Both the position numbers and the translations under genes were made by a program. From Paecilomyces variotii (Eukaryota), in the NCBI GenBank assembly GCA_004022145.1, contig RCNU01000001.1: 64,000 bases of DNA, one strand, 5' to 3'. Under the pieces are notes generated by a model. That model saw only the letters and a program-made list of their open reading frames with translations, had not been told where the DNA came from and searched no databases. Shown piece after piece: positions 34,701 to 47,071 of this stretch (the stretch's first letter is position 1; each line of letters begins with the position of its first letter).

Positions 34701-37473
34701 AATCGTTCCTCTCCACACGCGAAAAAGATTATTTGACTAGATAGACTAGTCTGGCCACGTTCTCCCGGATACCCCCGATGTCTAACGTGGCGTGTAATCC
34801 ACACCATTCTTGTGGTCGATTTCAGAGCCTGGATGAACTTTGCTGTGACTTGCGTTCCCTGTTAGACCTCCCTCAAGCATAAAATATGTCATTTCTTGTT
34901 TCACGCTGGCCCTAACTGAAATAGTTCAAAGCTGCGTCAAAGGATCGACTTATTCCAAATGGTTATCGGACGGAAGGAGAAAGGGGGAAGTGTAGCAGAG
35001 ATCTCCAGGTTCTGTGCAGTAAATGCACCATCATGATGGGGAACTATTACCCCATATTAATCAGAGCCATTATTTCTCTTCGATTAGCGGCGCGGCGCAG
35101 CAGGCCCAGGTGGCAGTCGACCGACTAGGAAAACACTGATCTTCAATCCGCTGCAGAGGATAAGCTGTTTGGGCTCGGCCGAGAGCTATTCGTACCTCGT
35201 CCCGAGGCTGCTCTATGCGGCTCTGAGTACATTGTTGCTATTATTGCCCCTGATTATCCCGGGCATCGATTCACAGCTCGTTCGTTTTCGCTTCAAAGAG
35301 TTAACTGTGTCTCTGGGTTCTTATGTAGGGATATGAGGGGTTATTGATGCCGGTTGGCTGTTCCCCCTGGAGCCTTCAGGATAACAATGAAATGATCCCA
35401 GTAATAGCTGCCAATGGCAACATATTGTAGAGCTAGTCAGTTACTGCAAATGCAAGAAGTTTTCACTAACCATGCATGCCGGGGGAAAGTCCACTTGAGA
35501 AGACAAGCAACGACAAGACAAGCCAAGATGAACATAAGCACAACAGAGGCAGCATTGGCAGTGGAGGTACAATATGACTGACACGAAAAAAATAAACTCT
35601 TTCAAGTAGGAAAAGAAAGGGAGCAAAAAGTTATGGCCAAACTGGGGTTCGATCCCAGGGCATTATTTGTGTTAGCGATACGTGATAACGGATGCCAGGG
35701 CATGGATGGGAGAAATAAAAATATTGTAGACAGAGGAGAGCAAGTATCTAGCTGAATTCGACAGAGCCTCTTCGGAATCATCCTGCCGAAACTCCCACAA
35801 CTAGATACTCCGTACATTTTTACTGCGACAGAGGATCATGATTATTCATGTCAGTCAGCTATCTACGCTACCTGGTCAAGCATGCGCCAGAAGACTGCCA
35901 AGAGAATTTAGCAGCGTGATATGACTCCCATGCCGACCAGGGAACTTGACTCTAACCATGCGGCCTCGCTCGACGAAAAACTCTTTACTCATCGGCAGTG
36001 GGTTCGCGGTAACGGATGACAAAACTTGATGCTGAATTTGCGCCGCTCTATTACTGATTTACCACTCAGCGCCGTCAAGACTGAGCTCGACGGGCCCGCC
36101 ATGTGGAGAGCTCGTATTCTCCAACTTCATTTTTGCCCCTGACAGGGCATCAGACCGTGGTCCCCCCGCGAGCTGGTCACTCCGCATCCGTGTACCTGTT
36201 TACGAACCTGAAGCTTATTTTCTTCCAGTCTATCGATCATCCAAGTCGATGGTTTCGCATTATCGCGTCGACCACGCCGCCTACAATCAATCGAGGTGGG
36301 AATCCGTCTCCCTGCAAAAGGGAGAGGGGCGTCCAGGAGCTTCTGGCGCCTTCATGACAACGATAACGCCTTCTGTAAGTAGAGAGAATCTTCGGGTGGC
36401 ACCCGAGGCAGTGCGACGACGGCAGTTAAACAGCGCCAGTTTCGGATAGGGAACCGGGCACAATCTTGCAGTACCATAGGGTCAGCACGGCATATTATTA
36501 TTCTAGTGTGCGGAGCAACAATAATACACAGAATCCCCTAAAGATGTGTGGGTCGGATCTTGGGGTCCCCGCGCTCCCCCAGACCAAGTCGACCGGCCGT
36601 CCATTGCTAGATGTACCATGGACACATCGTGTCAGCCAGATCTCGATGGCAAGAGATCAGTGCTGGTCACCAGGTGGCAGAAACATACCAACATCGGACG
36701 TTTATTCTGTCCATCTGATGGGAAAATAAGCTATGTTCATCTCTATCTGCATGTCAGTTTGATGTCCTATACTGCAACGGTTCACCGGTGGCGTAAGCCA
36801 AACCCAAGACGATGACACTTGATCCCGGCACGAGGGCCGGTGCGTTCGCTGTCTCTCAAACGCCCAATCCAGGCTGATGACCATCTTCTCCAAATCCATT
36901 GTCCAACGAAAACTGTCTCTAACAATGCCGTCCGCCAACGGTGGGTCAGGGGGACAAAACCTGGTACCTGGAGCTATGGCGTGGCAACCTCTCTCGCTTA
37001 CGTCTGGGCGTTCGCGGATTGATGCCTCGTATTGGCGATTAACTGTGCCAGCGAAAGCTTCGACGGACTTTTCCACGTCTTCTATAGTGCAGCCCTAGTC
37101 GACAAGTGGAAGCCCTATGATCCACGCCTCTAGGGGATGCCGGCCCGAAAGACGCAGCCAGATGAGGACTGGCGGTAACTCTCTGACGAGACATCAAACG
37201 TTATGGTGATAGGAAACTGATTCTGCTCGGAGGATCGTCTCGGGGGATCTGTGTCTCCCCTTTCCCTTTTACGACTCGGGCCAGTTTCTGCAGCGATCGC
37301 TGAGTCTCGATGTCTGTGGTCCCCGCCCTGAGCAGGTGTTTTAAGGGCCGATCTCAGGTACTATATCTGGGAAGGCTCTCGGCGTCTGGTCCATCTTGCG
37401 GTCTCTGAAATTTCCTGGAAAGGGAAACAATGCGCCTTGACGGAAGCTATCCACTATTGCGAACGAACTCGCA

Positions 37474-38839
37474 ATGAACCTCATCCAGGCTGTGAAGCTG
37501 GTGCGCGCCCTCGACAGGGCGAAGGCAGAGGGAACACTGGAGGAAAAACTGGTACCCTCGCGGCGGCCATACGATAATTAGTCCTTTGCCAGATGTCCAG
37601 CGAAAGGGTCTCATCGCCATTTCGGTCCTTGCAGTGATCTCGGTGCTTGCAACACTGTCTTTGCTGCTCTTCATCTCCTATCGTTTGATTTTCTGGAAGA
37701 AAAGCTACGCTCGTTACATCGGTTATAACCAATATGTCATTCTTATTTACAACCTCGTTTTGGCGGACCTCCAACAGTCTATCGCTTTCCTGATATGTAC
37801 CCACTGGATCGCGCACAACAGGATAGACTCACCATCAACAGCCTGCTTCCTTCAGGGCCTATGGCTGCAGATTGGTGATCCGGGCTCTGGCCTGTTTGTC
37901 CTGATAATCGCAGCCCATACGTTCATGATGGTCACACTGGGCCGCAAACTCTCACATAGGGCATTCGTCGTGTCTGTGATCGGAATATGGGTCTTTGTGG
38001 GCATACTGGTGGTCATCCCTATCGGCTCTCATGGTGGTGTAGATGTTTTCATTCCGTCAGGGGCTTGGGTATGTTGTTCTGCAGTGCTTTGATCCCTTGA
38101 TGTCATTGCTGATGTGCGCGCATAGTGCTGGATTGACGACGCATTCGAACCCGATCGATTGTGGACGCATTATATCTGGATCTTCCTGGCCGAGTTCGGC
38201 ACCGTCACTTTGTACGCTATTATGTTCTTCCAGCTGCGCCGGCGGATCCATCAGTCTGCTATCCTAGGCAATAGCCAGAGGGAAAGTCTGCAACGTCTGA
38301 GACGTGTCGTCAGTTACATGGTTGTCTACCCACTTGCTTATTTGGTATTATCCCTTCCACTTGCGGCTGGCCGCATGGCATCTGCTCGGGGAAACACACC
38401 TGGCATGGCCTATTTCTGTCTCTCAGGAGCAATGATGACCAGTTCCGGTTGGGTCGACGTGCTCATATACACATTGACCCGCAAGAATCTCATCATCGAA
38501 TCCGAACCTAGCCGCGATCGCAGCTACAACCACATCTTCAGCAACGGCCCGAAGAGTGGTGGTGTCGGAAACAACATCACGCTCATTACTGTCGACAAGA
38601 AAGCGAACCGGAGTGCCCTCCGGGGTCACGATGCTGACGACTCATCCCATGCCCGCGACGGTTCCACAGACGATATCGTCCCGAAGGGACCTGAGTTTGG
38701 CAAAGTGTACCAGGAGACAACTGTCGAGGTTACTTCCGAACCAGCGTACCCAGACGACCAAAGCGGACGCTCGAGTAGGGACCTGCCGGAAGAACCGCGT
38801 ATGCCTGAACGTACTGCGACTTCGAACAGAATGTGGTAG
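37474..38839 (+). CDS. Git3/Gpr1-class G-protein-coupled receptor (GprC/GprD-like), with an apparent 1-nt frameshift near 37555
   Basis: Seven hydrophobic segments; YNQYVILIYNLVLADLQQS, CFLQG, GAW/CWID (intron 38069-38125), YMVVYPLAY..LSLPLAAGRM, GWVDVLIYTLTR. The 7TM frame lacks an ATG ahead of TM1; the likely start at 37474 is one base out of frame. Confidence 0.82.
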
Positions 38840-41624
38840 ACGGCAATCGACGGACGGCGCCCAGGAGCAATGGAAGCATGTCATTCTTTTGTATACCTCT
38901 ATATGTGCAGGGCGGCTACCTGCAAGCATTGTAATTCCACTTTCCCATTTCCCTCGTTTCTTGTACGTTCTGTACCTTTACACACGCATGAACCCGATGA
39001 TAATATTTCCTGAAACCAAGGGGCGAGTCCCCGTCCGCAACATATACATATAATCCCTGGCATGTATTTTTCCTTTCCCTTTCTTATCTATTTAGAACTC
39101 GTCTTTCCGCTTCTTCAGCTTCCTGTATACTGATGTCCAAGAGTTTTTCATCTATCGACGTTGATGATGTAAATGACCGTGGTGGATACAAGAGTCTAGA
39201 AGCAATTCGCGTGCGAGAGAATATGCAAATACGACTTCTTCTTCTACTCTATAATTTTTTTGTTCTGCTCATATTACTAGCTCAGAAAAGTGATTTGATT
39301 CTTCAACCCTCCTGGACTAAATTCTCTCCAAACCAGAATATTACAATATCTGAAGAAACAGACTCCATATCATTGGGAACCTTAAGCCTCGTGTTGCCCT
39401 ACCAAGAACCTAAGATGCTAATCCCACCCACTAAGTAGGCCACCAAAATACGAGATAGCCCCATAGTAACTAGTTGTTATGGTGGCAAGGCTCACAATAC
39501 CGCCACCAATTCTCGGCTGAATTGACCCTGGAGTACATCTGAAACGCTATGAAAAGCTTATTATCATGTTTGGCCGAACACCTTTCTTTCCAATGTGACG
39601 TCTACAACAGGAACGCTTACCTTACCCTCGTCCTTATCAGTGCAGCTGAGGAACGGCTCAAAATCGTATTATCCCATCAGGTTGGTATGAAATAGCCCAT
39701 TTCAACCGCGCACCCTAACTAGGTAGTGATATAACATCCTTTTAACGGAGCCGAAAACCTTTCTTCCTTTCGGGGAAAGGGAGGTGATCTGAGCTTTTCA
39801 AACTAACCTCGTGTTTTAGAATGTATATCATTCGGCAGATACTTAGCAGATGGTGGCAATTCTCCGATCTGATTATTCAGTTAGTTAGTTAGTCTAGATC
39901 CTTCGGTAGCTACGACAAAACGAAGAACTAACTATCCCTGTCAAGACTATGCTAAGTAACTAGACTATACTATCCACAGCATATGCTAGTCAACTAACGC
40001 ACATACTTTAAGAGAGAGACTCACCCTAAACCATGCACGGTATGGGGGTACGGGAGCGGAAGTACGCAGCACGGAGCAATAGCGGATACACCCCGGTTTC
40101 AGTGTTCAGGGATGATGATAGTTAATGCATTATTATTATTATTATTAATCGTTGTTGTTCTTTTCCCAGTTCGTTAGTTATAACTTGTCTAGTTACCTTT
40201 TAGATAGATACCCTGTATATATAAAAAAAAAGAAGCTCAAGCATTAACCGCACTAACTAACTAGAGTACCATAATCAAGTCTCCAGAGACGAAGAACCGG
40301 GGTCTATCAAAGTATATACTCCGTACTACATCGGGGTACAAGTAGTTACCCCACCCAGCCGTATCCGGGGAAAAGGAACAATTGATAACATGACAAAAGC
40401 GCACTTTTAGGACTGCATGACACGGTACATACAACTCCCGTTTTCCCCGAACTTTTGTAGTTACCCCCTGTCCCCTGCGTTATGCTCTTGGCTCCTCCCC
40501 GTTCCCTGAGATAAGATAAATTATGCTTGTTAACAGCTAATGAAAGGAGGAAAAAAAAAGGAACTGAAACTTCGGGTCTGTGCTACTCCGTAGTTTGCGT
40601 GTGATTATGTTGGTTTTGGGTAGTTGCGTTATTATTGCAAGGGTGATATTTGCTGGGGAATTTTACTTTACTTTCCAATCTCTGAAGAATAGACGGGCTA
40701 ACTATTGTGTGTATAGTAATTAGTTAGGTCATGATGAGAGGAAGGATAGATAGCTTGTTTGCTTGACATGTACTCTACTCTAACTTCGGTAGTACCCTAC
40801 ATGTAACTGGGAAAGGGAGGTCCTTAGTAGAAGTATATATATCAAACCGTCCTCGGAAGTACTCCGTATAGATAGACTCTCATACAAATCTGGACCTTCG
40901 AAACCAAGCCGGCTCCTGGTGTAAAGAATACCCAGTGTAACTAATATACGGAGGATAATATCATTTACTCAGACATCCTTACTGATCGCCAATCATCTTG
41001 GTATTTAGCTAGCTATAGGCGGACCGTGCAGATCCACCGATCGACGCAAGTTAGATAGGATATTGGGATTATATCAAATGATAACCGGATCAGGTCGTAT
41101 CTTTCAGTTCTGTGGATGTTGTCCTTTTTCATTCTAATGCATTGGAGCGGAAGGGATCGTAATAGAGAGTGTCCTTTTTAGGGGGGATAGACCGGATAAT
41201 ACTAAGGGCTGGTAAAAAGTATATGGATAGATGGTTAGATCTCCTGGCTGGGGTAGGGCCTGAGATGGATTATGGCGATCTTGTCCGTTAGTATCATACG
41301 GTTGGATGGTCCCGTTTGAGGCCCACCTAGAAGATGGAGAAGTGTGATATCCCCAGCTTCTACTAACGCGGTAAATCGTCCGGGATTGTTGAGTATTTCC
41401 GTTGTAGATACATGTCTGTATATTTCTAGCTGCGAAGATCATAAGTCGTAACTCTTTTTCTGTGTGTGTTTAACCTAGTAGGAATGTAAGAGAATAGAAC
41501 TTAGTGGGTCATTATGTATAATATCGTTTATACTATATACATATAAACATTATCTGTAGCATGCCACATCTATCTATATATAGAGGATAAGAAATGCATT
41601 GTTCGCGGTTAGGGCATCAGATTA

Positions 41625-44049
41625 TTAGATAGCCATCAAGATGACACAAACCATAAACAGCACAAGACTCGTCAAGTTCCAGGTGTCGCGGGAAGCTGCT
41701 CCGGTGAAGACAGGTGCGCTTGGGCCAGAAGCGGAGGTCTCAAGAGGAACAGGGAGTGAAGTAGACGTGTGAAGACCGCTTGCGGATCCGAAGGTCGCAG
41801 TTCTAGTCGGCGCAAAGGAAATGAACGAGCCGTTTGATGATGAGTTTGACGCGATTGTCGGCAGGGATGAGAACCCAGGTGTCTGAGTCGCTGGCTTGAT
41901 GGGTGCGGTAGCAATCGAAATGGGAGAAGTGGTCTCAGAGATGCCTGGCGCAGGTAGGACTACAGTGCTGACAGGGACCAGAGTAGTGCTGATCTGCTTC
42001 GATTTAGCAGAATCAGAGCACTTTGATTGGCCATTGGAGCAGCCAACTACAGTGACAGCCATCGATGAGTACACAGTTGAAGTAACTGATCCTTCAGAGG
42101 CTGCGGAGGGCACACTGGGGTTCGATCCCATGGGGCTTCCAGTGACTGCAGGCTGATTGCCTTCAGTAACTGTCTGCACGCTAGTAGCAGCGACGAGGGT
42201 CTCAGTAGTGACATATGTGCTCTTAGCTGAAGCGGGGCAGTTTGTGACCGTGGATGGACAGGCTGTGATCGTTGCGGTCCTCGTGGAGAGCACTGTTGAG
42301 GTAATGAATTGGGTTGTGTCAACGTCACTTGATGCCTGAGGTAGTCCAGGAGCAGATGCAGCTTGGGTCTCTGTAAGCGGGCAGACAGTGGTCGAGACGA
42401 GGACAGTCTCAGTAGTGAGGTACGTGGTTTTAGCCCTGGCAGGGCAGTTTGTCACTGTCGAGGGGCAAGCCGTGATGGTTGCAGTTCTCGTCGAATAGAC
42501 CGTCGATGTTGTGAACAGGGCGGTGCTGTCAGAGCGGCTTGACGCTACTGGCGCTGCGGTCACAGACGCCTCCTGGGTCTCGGTGACTGGGCAGATAGTA
42601 GTAGAGATGGCAATCGTCTTGGTAGTGAGATATGTAGTCTTAGACCTCGCAGGGCAGTTCTGGACTGAAGAGGGACACGCAGTGATAGTTGCAGTTACCG
42701 TGGAGAAGATCGTCGACGTAGTAGACTTTGGAGATGTCGATGGCTGGGAGGACTGGATATCCGTTGCTCCAGTAGTAGATCTGGAAGGAGGAAGGATACT
42801 CGCCGGAGTGGACGACGCGGATGAACCCGAAGCAGATGGATTGCGTCCGCTGGGGTCCACAGACGGCGATGGTAAGATAACCGCAGAAGAACTGAGAGGC
42901 AACCTGCTAACGCCTCCGGTAGGGACTTTCACTGCAGAACCAGAAGCAGACACCGGCTTAGAAGACGGCGACCCGGAGGAGCTGAAAGAAGGCAGTCCGC
43001 TAGCACCTTTGGTAGGAATCGCAGGACTAGCAGCTGGAAATACCGTGGAAGACAGCGACGGGGATGACCTGGCGGGCGTACGAACAGGACTGCTTGAGAC
43101 CACTGAAGATGACGCCGATACCGATGGCGTGTTCGACCTGATCGATGTACCAACAGGTTTTCTCGCAGAAGAACTAGATGCAGAGAAAGAAGACGAAGAC
43201 AATGGCAGTGCAGACGACTTGCTCGGGCTCACAGCAGGTGTTCTCGCCGATGGGCTAGAGAAAGCAATCGGCGTTGAAGACGGAGATGGGGACACTCTGC
43301 TCGAGGAGATCGAAAGAGGCATGCGGCTCGAAACTAGCATCGAAGACGGAGTGGGAGTTGGAGTAGACGATGTCGTACAACAAACCTCCGTCGTCAGTTC
43401 AATGTTGTCCACTTCTAACTCCAAGTTACCAATTGCGTACGGATATTCACACAACCCGTAGAAGATCAGAGTGGGGTTGGAGCTCGTAGGTATCCATGAG
43501 CTCGTGACCGTGTACCATTGATCAACAGTATTTGGTAGGATTGGCTGCTCAGTTTGGGCGATGGAGCTTTGGATGTTATCGTGATAAATACCAACCGAAC
43601 AGACACCCCCGTAAACGTTTGCGCGGGAAAGGTTTACCTTCCACGTAAAAGATGCCGTGTAGGTTGCACTCGTATCAAGTCCCTCGAGCTGTTGAGTAAG
43701 GTATAGTTCATAACCCTCATTGTAAGCAGTTTGCGAGCTAGGAAGATATTACAGTATTAGCTCTTGTTTCTTTTCTATGAAGTCATGCTGGCACCCCTCT
43801 TTTTTCTTGAAAAAAAAAAAAAATGTAGTAGAGATTATTAGATCAGGCTTACAGGTAATGAGTCCCATCGGGAGCATCTCCAGTGACGACTACCGGTGTT
43901 CCGCGTGTCACGGTCCAGTCTGTGAGTCCATCTTCGAAGGACGGATTGGAGACGGCCTGCTGGTCATAGCAGGTAGACGAGGACACAGCCACACAGGCCT
44001 TTCCCAGCAGAAGCGCAGCACTGAGCAGAGATGCTCGAGGCCCGATCAT
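41625..44049 (-). CDS. Secreted, probably GPI-anchored Ser/Thr-rich cell-wall protein with N-terminal carbohydrate-binding-like domain
   Basis: Signal peptide MIGPRASLLSAALLLGKACVA, then NPSFEDGLTDW. Intron 43852-43738 links to LSQTAYNEG...LIFYGLCEYPY. Ser/Pro linker, Cys-containing repeats, C-terminal FTGAAS plus hydrophobic tail. Confidence 0.85.
42185..42715 (-). repeat. Three internal protein repeats STxxSTxTATITACPSxVxNCPAxxKxTYxTT
   Basis: TATITACPSSVQNCPA, TATITACPSTVTNCPA and TATITACPSTVTNCPA are visible in the translation, with a degenerate fourth copy (VTVVGCSNGQSKC). Confidence 0.85.
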
Positions 44050-45790
44050 TTTGGGTGATTATCTCCCTGGAATCGAAAGTCTGCCCCTCAGGTAGTTCTA
44101 TTCCGACCAAGAACTGAGAATCTTGATATAAAAAGAAAAGAAAGAAGAAGGAGGAGGAGATCTTGGTTTTAAACGAGAGACAAGGATCAAACCTCACAAT
44201 GGGACAGAGTGAAAGAAGATATATTATACATCGTGGGGCCCCAGACAGATGTTGATATACTGGCCATCTAGTCGTTCCAGGCCATGCTTCGTTATCAGCT
44301 AGCCTGCTGGGCTGAATGTATCTTGCTGAGCCGTGCTGAGGTCCACCGCGGTTTTCGGACTTGACCATCCATTTGGCATAGACTAGATAGAAGAAGCGAT
44401 GATGGCTCTAGGACGAATCTACCAAAAGACACTAGCCCGTCCAAGAGTGGAAAATGTGTTCTTTAGAGTTTCTGTGCCTCTTGGTCTTGCTCAGCATCAC
44501 GAGGTTTGTTGCCATCAAGCTTCGTGGCATCATGGTAATTGCAGGCGACGTTAGCGCTGTTGAGCGTGGTCCCGCTAGTTAGTCTATCTTGATTTTGAAC
44601 AGTGGAAGAGAAATTCTATGCAGTTACCAGGAGAGGGTCTGTTGAATCATCTGCAGCCAGAGTCAGCGCCTGAACGTATATTCCGTTGTTGCGTGCCAGT
44701 ATGAATTCTTAAGGAGATGTGATAATCTTCAGTAGACAGCGGGGGGAATCACATCTGATCCCATGGAACTGAGAGTAGGATACCCCTGGTCTTAACGGAT
44801 CTTGGGACCTGCAGCACTCGAGTAAACAAACAGTCGCCAAAACCTCCCATGGTTCGTCTCCAAGTTGAACATTGACGCTCGGGAACAGCCGATCGGGTAC
44901 CTGACAGTCCCTAAACAGATAATAACACTCTATGGGAAATTCGCTAAACGTTCGAGGAGCTATTATTTGGTATTTTCAGCCCAGACCGGGGACTCCGACA
45001 GTTCGGGTCGATCTAGAACTGATCGCTAATTCTTTTCCAGGTTTATCCCCGCCGCCACGTGGAAATCGACCGAGCATCTGGCCGTCAATAATAATTATTG
45101 ATTTAGCCAGCGCGCTATCCAACTCCATGCCATGGGCCAGACAAAATGTCCAAGCGTCTAAATCGAAGGAGATAACAATAATGACTTGAGGAACACGCGG
45201 GGCTAAGATTTACAATCTTTGGGCACCTTCACATTATCAGTTCAATTACTTATGATTATTATTATTCTGGCATCGTGACCCGGATACTTACTTACTGCTT
45301 CCATTGGGTCATCCTTTCGCCCGATTCAGGGGAAATCAAGTTGAAGGCGCCTTCTAGCCAAGCTTAGCACAACGCCAACCGAGTGTTTTGACACTAATAA
45401 TCCCAATGTAGGTATAAAAGCCACCCAGCCGGCAGTCACCTAAGTCGTAGAGTATCAGTACTACGTAGAAGAAAAAGAAAAAGAAAAAGAAAACCAATAA
45501 CAACCCAGCAGTATATATAACTGATGATAGCAAGATGTCAAATATATTGTTGGAGCCTGCCTACAGGCAGACCTCTTGGCGAGTTTCTCCCACGCCTTCT
45601 AGCTCTACCCACAGAGATAAATAGGCGAGCTACCTAGTAGTTGCTAGAGAATTCAAGCTTAGCGAGCTTCGCTCCAGATAACTAGTTATATTATATAGGT
45701 ATCAATGACATGTTACCACACATCCAGTCAACAACAACTCCCCATATGCTTCAGTCAACCCTCCTCATATCACACACTCCTTTCCCTCTC

Positions 45791-46351
45791 TCACAATTTC
45801 TCATTCACCCACTGACTCTTCCAGCCCGTCCCGCTCCTCTTATACAACTGCGTAATCGGACATCTCCTCTCCGTCTCATTCGCAAATTTCTCAAACTGCG
45901 CATCATCCTTCGCATCCGTCTGCACATGCACATTCAACTCCACATTATCCCAATTCGCATTCCCTTCCTTCCCCTCAACCAGAACCGCAGGATCCAGATC
46001 GGCTTTCACCGTGACCTTCCAGTCGCCCAAGGTAATACCGAGATCTTTCGCGACGAGCGAGCCGGTCACTTGCGTGCAGGAGCCGAGACTGCTCAGTGCG
46101 TATGCGAGGGGAGTGGGCGCGGCATCTTTGCCGCCAAAGGAAGGGTAGGCGTCTACTTCGATGAAGTGAGGGCTGCCTTTGACTTTGACGCTTTGCGCAA
46201 CGCCACGGCCTTGGCCGTCGACGCGGAAGGCGATTTTGTTCAAGGCGCGAGACGATTGAGAGAAGGAGCGGATGTATTGTGGTTGTGGTTGTGTGAAGGG
46301 ACGGAGTGCCCTTGCGACGAGGCGGTAGGATGTCCGAGGATGGGATATCAT
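45791..46351 (-). CDS. OsmC/Ohr-family protein with probable mitochondrial presequence
   Basis: DAYPSFGGKDAAPTP...LSSLGSCT and ETERRCPI give the two conserved Cys. The N-terminus is Arg/Ser-rich and acid-free, ending in RSFSQS. Intronless. Confidence 0.82.
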   Translation of the reverse strand: MISHPRTSYRLVARALRPFTQPQPQYIRSFSQSSRALNKIAFRVDGQGRGVAQSVKVKGSPHFIEVDAYPSFGGKDAAPTPLAYALSSLGSCTQVTGSLVAKDLGITLGDWKVTVKADLDPAVLVEGKEGNANWDNVELNVHVQTDAKDDAQFEKFANETERRCPITQLYKRSGTGWKSQWVNEKL

Positions 46352-47071
46352 GGTGGCGGAGGTTGTGGCAATTTGATGGTCTCGGGTAACGAAAAATGCT
46401 TTTCTGTGAGGATATATTATGCTGACCTGGCGAGATGTCCAGGTGCGCTGCAGCCTTTAAAAATGAAAATGAAGGGATGCAGAAAATCTGACTAAATACG
46501 TTCCATGACGTGATCGGAACCGCACATGGTGCTATGAGATCCCCGAAAATATTATTAAATGAGCTAAGGATCTTCAGTATTGTTAGATCCCGTTGCACCG
46601 GGAATTGCACGGGCTTTGGTCCGATCAACATCTTATCATTCATTCTTGGTGTACATACAAATCTGGACCGAGACTCCGGGGCAACTCAAAAGACACTTCT
46701 TTACCTGTATATATATATATATATATGTACAGTATATCATTGTATATCCACGTAGATATCCTCTCAAGGTAATAATTATATTCAAGCCCCTTCCTATAAG
46801 CACGCCCCACCGAAAATCAAACTAAGACAAATTGTATTGAGAACTGTGATGGGTATTCATTCGTGAACATCATGATAACAGACACATGTCGACAATCCAA
46901 GCCGATGTTTCTAAATATAATAAGCTATGTACTACCGACCTCCTTTCGAGGTCAGTCGCAAAGGCCGGCCAAGACGCTGTGGAAAATGCGCCGCTCCGAT
47001 ACTTATACTATTGAGACGGAAAATCTCATCGGCGTGAAGTGAGAGTACTTGCGGTAGGATATCTCCTCCAC

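Noticed and set aside
35642-35660. GGTTCGATCCC, resembling a tRNA T-arm or B-box
   Set aside because: No canonical 5-bp T-stem, D-arm, anticodon arm or acceptor stem; a similar string occurs by chance in coding DNA near 42119.
42511-43461. 316-aa plus-strand ORF rich in D/E/G/V
   Set aside because: Antisense shadow of the Ser/Thr/Pro-rich cell-wall gene; its composition is explained by reverse-complement codons.
45710-46643. 261-aa (+) and 222-aa (-) ORFs overlapping the OsmC gene
   Set aside because: Alternative-frame shadows with no recognisable motifs.
46708-46726. (TA)n microsatellite; also GAGCT tandem repeats near 20935-20955 and several poly-A/T runs
   Set aside because: Ordinary simple repeats with no spacer structure; not CRISPR-like.
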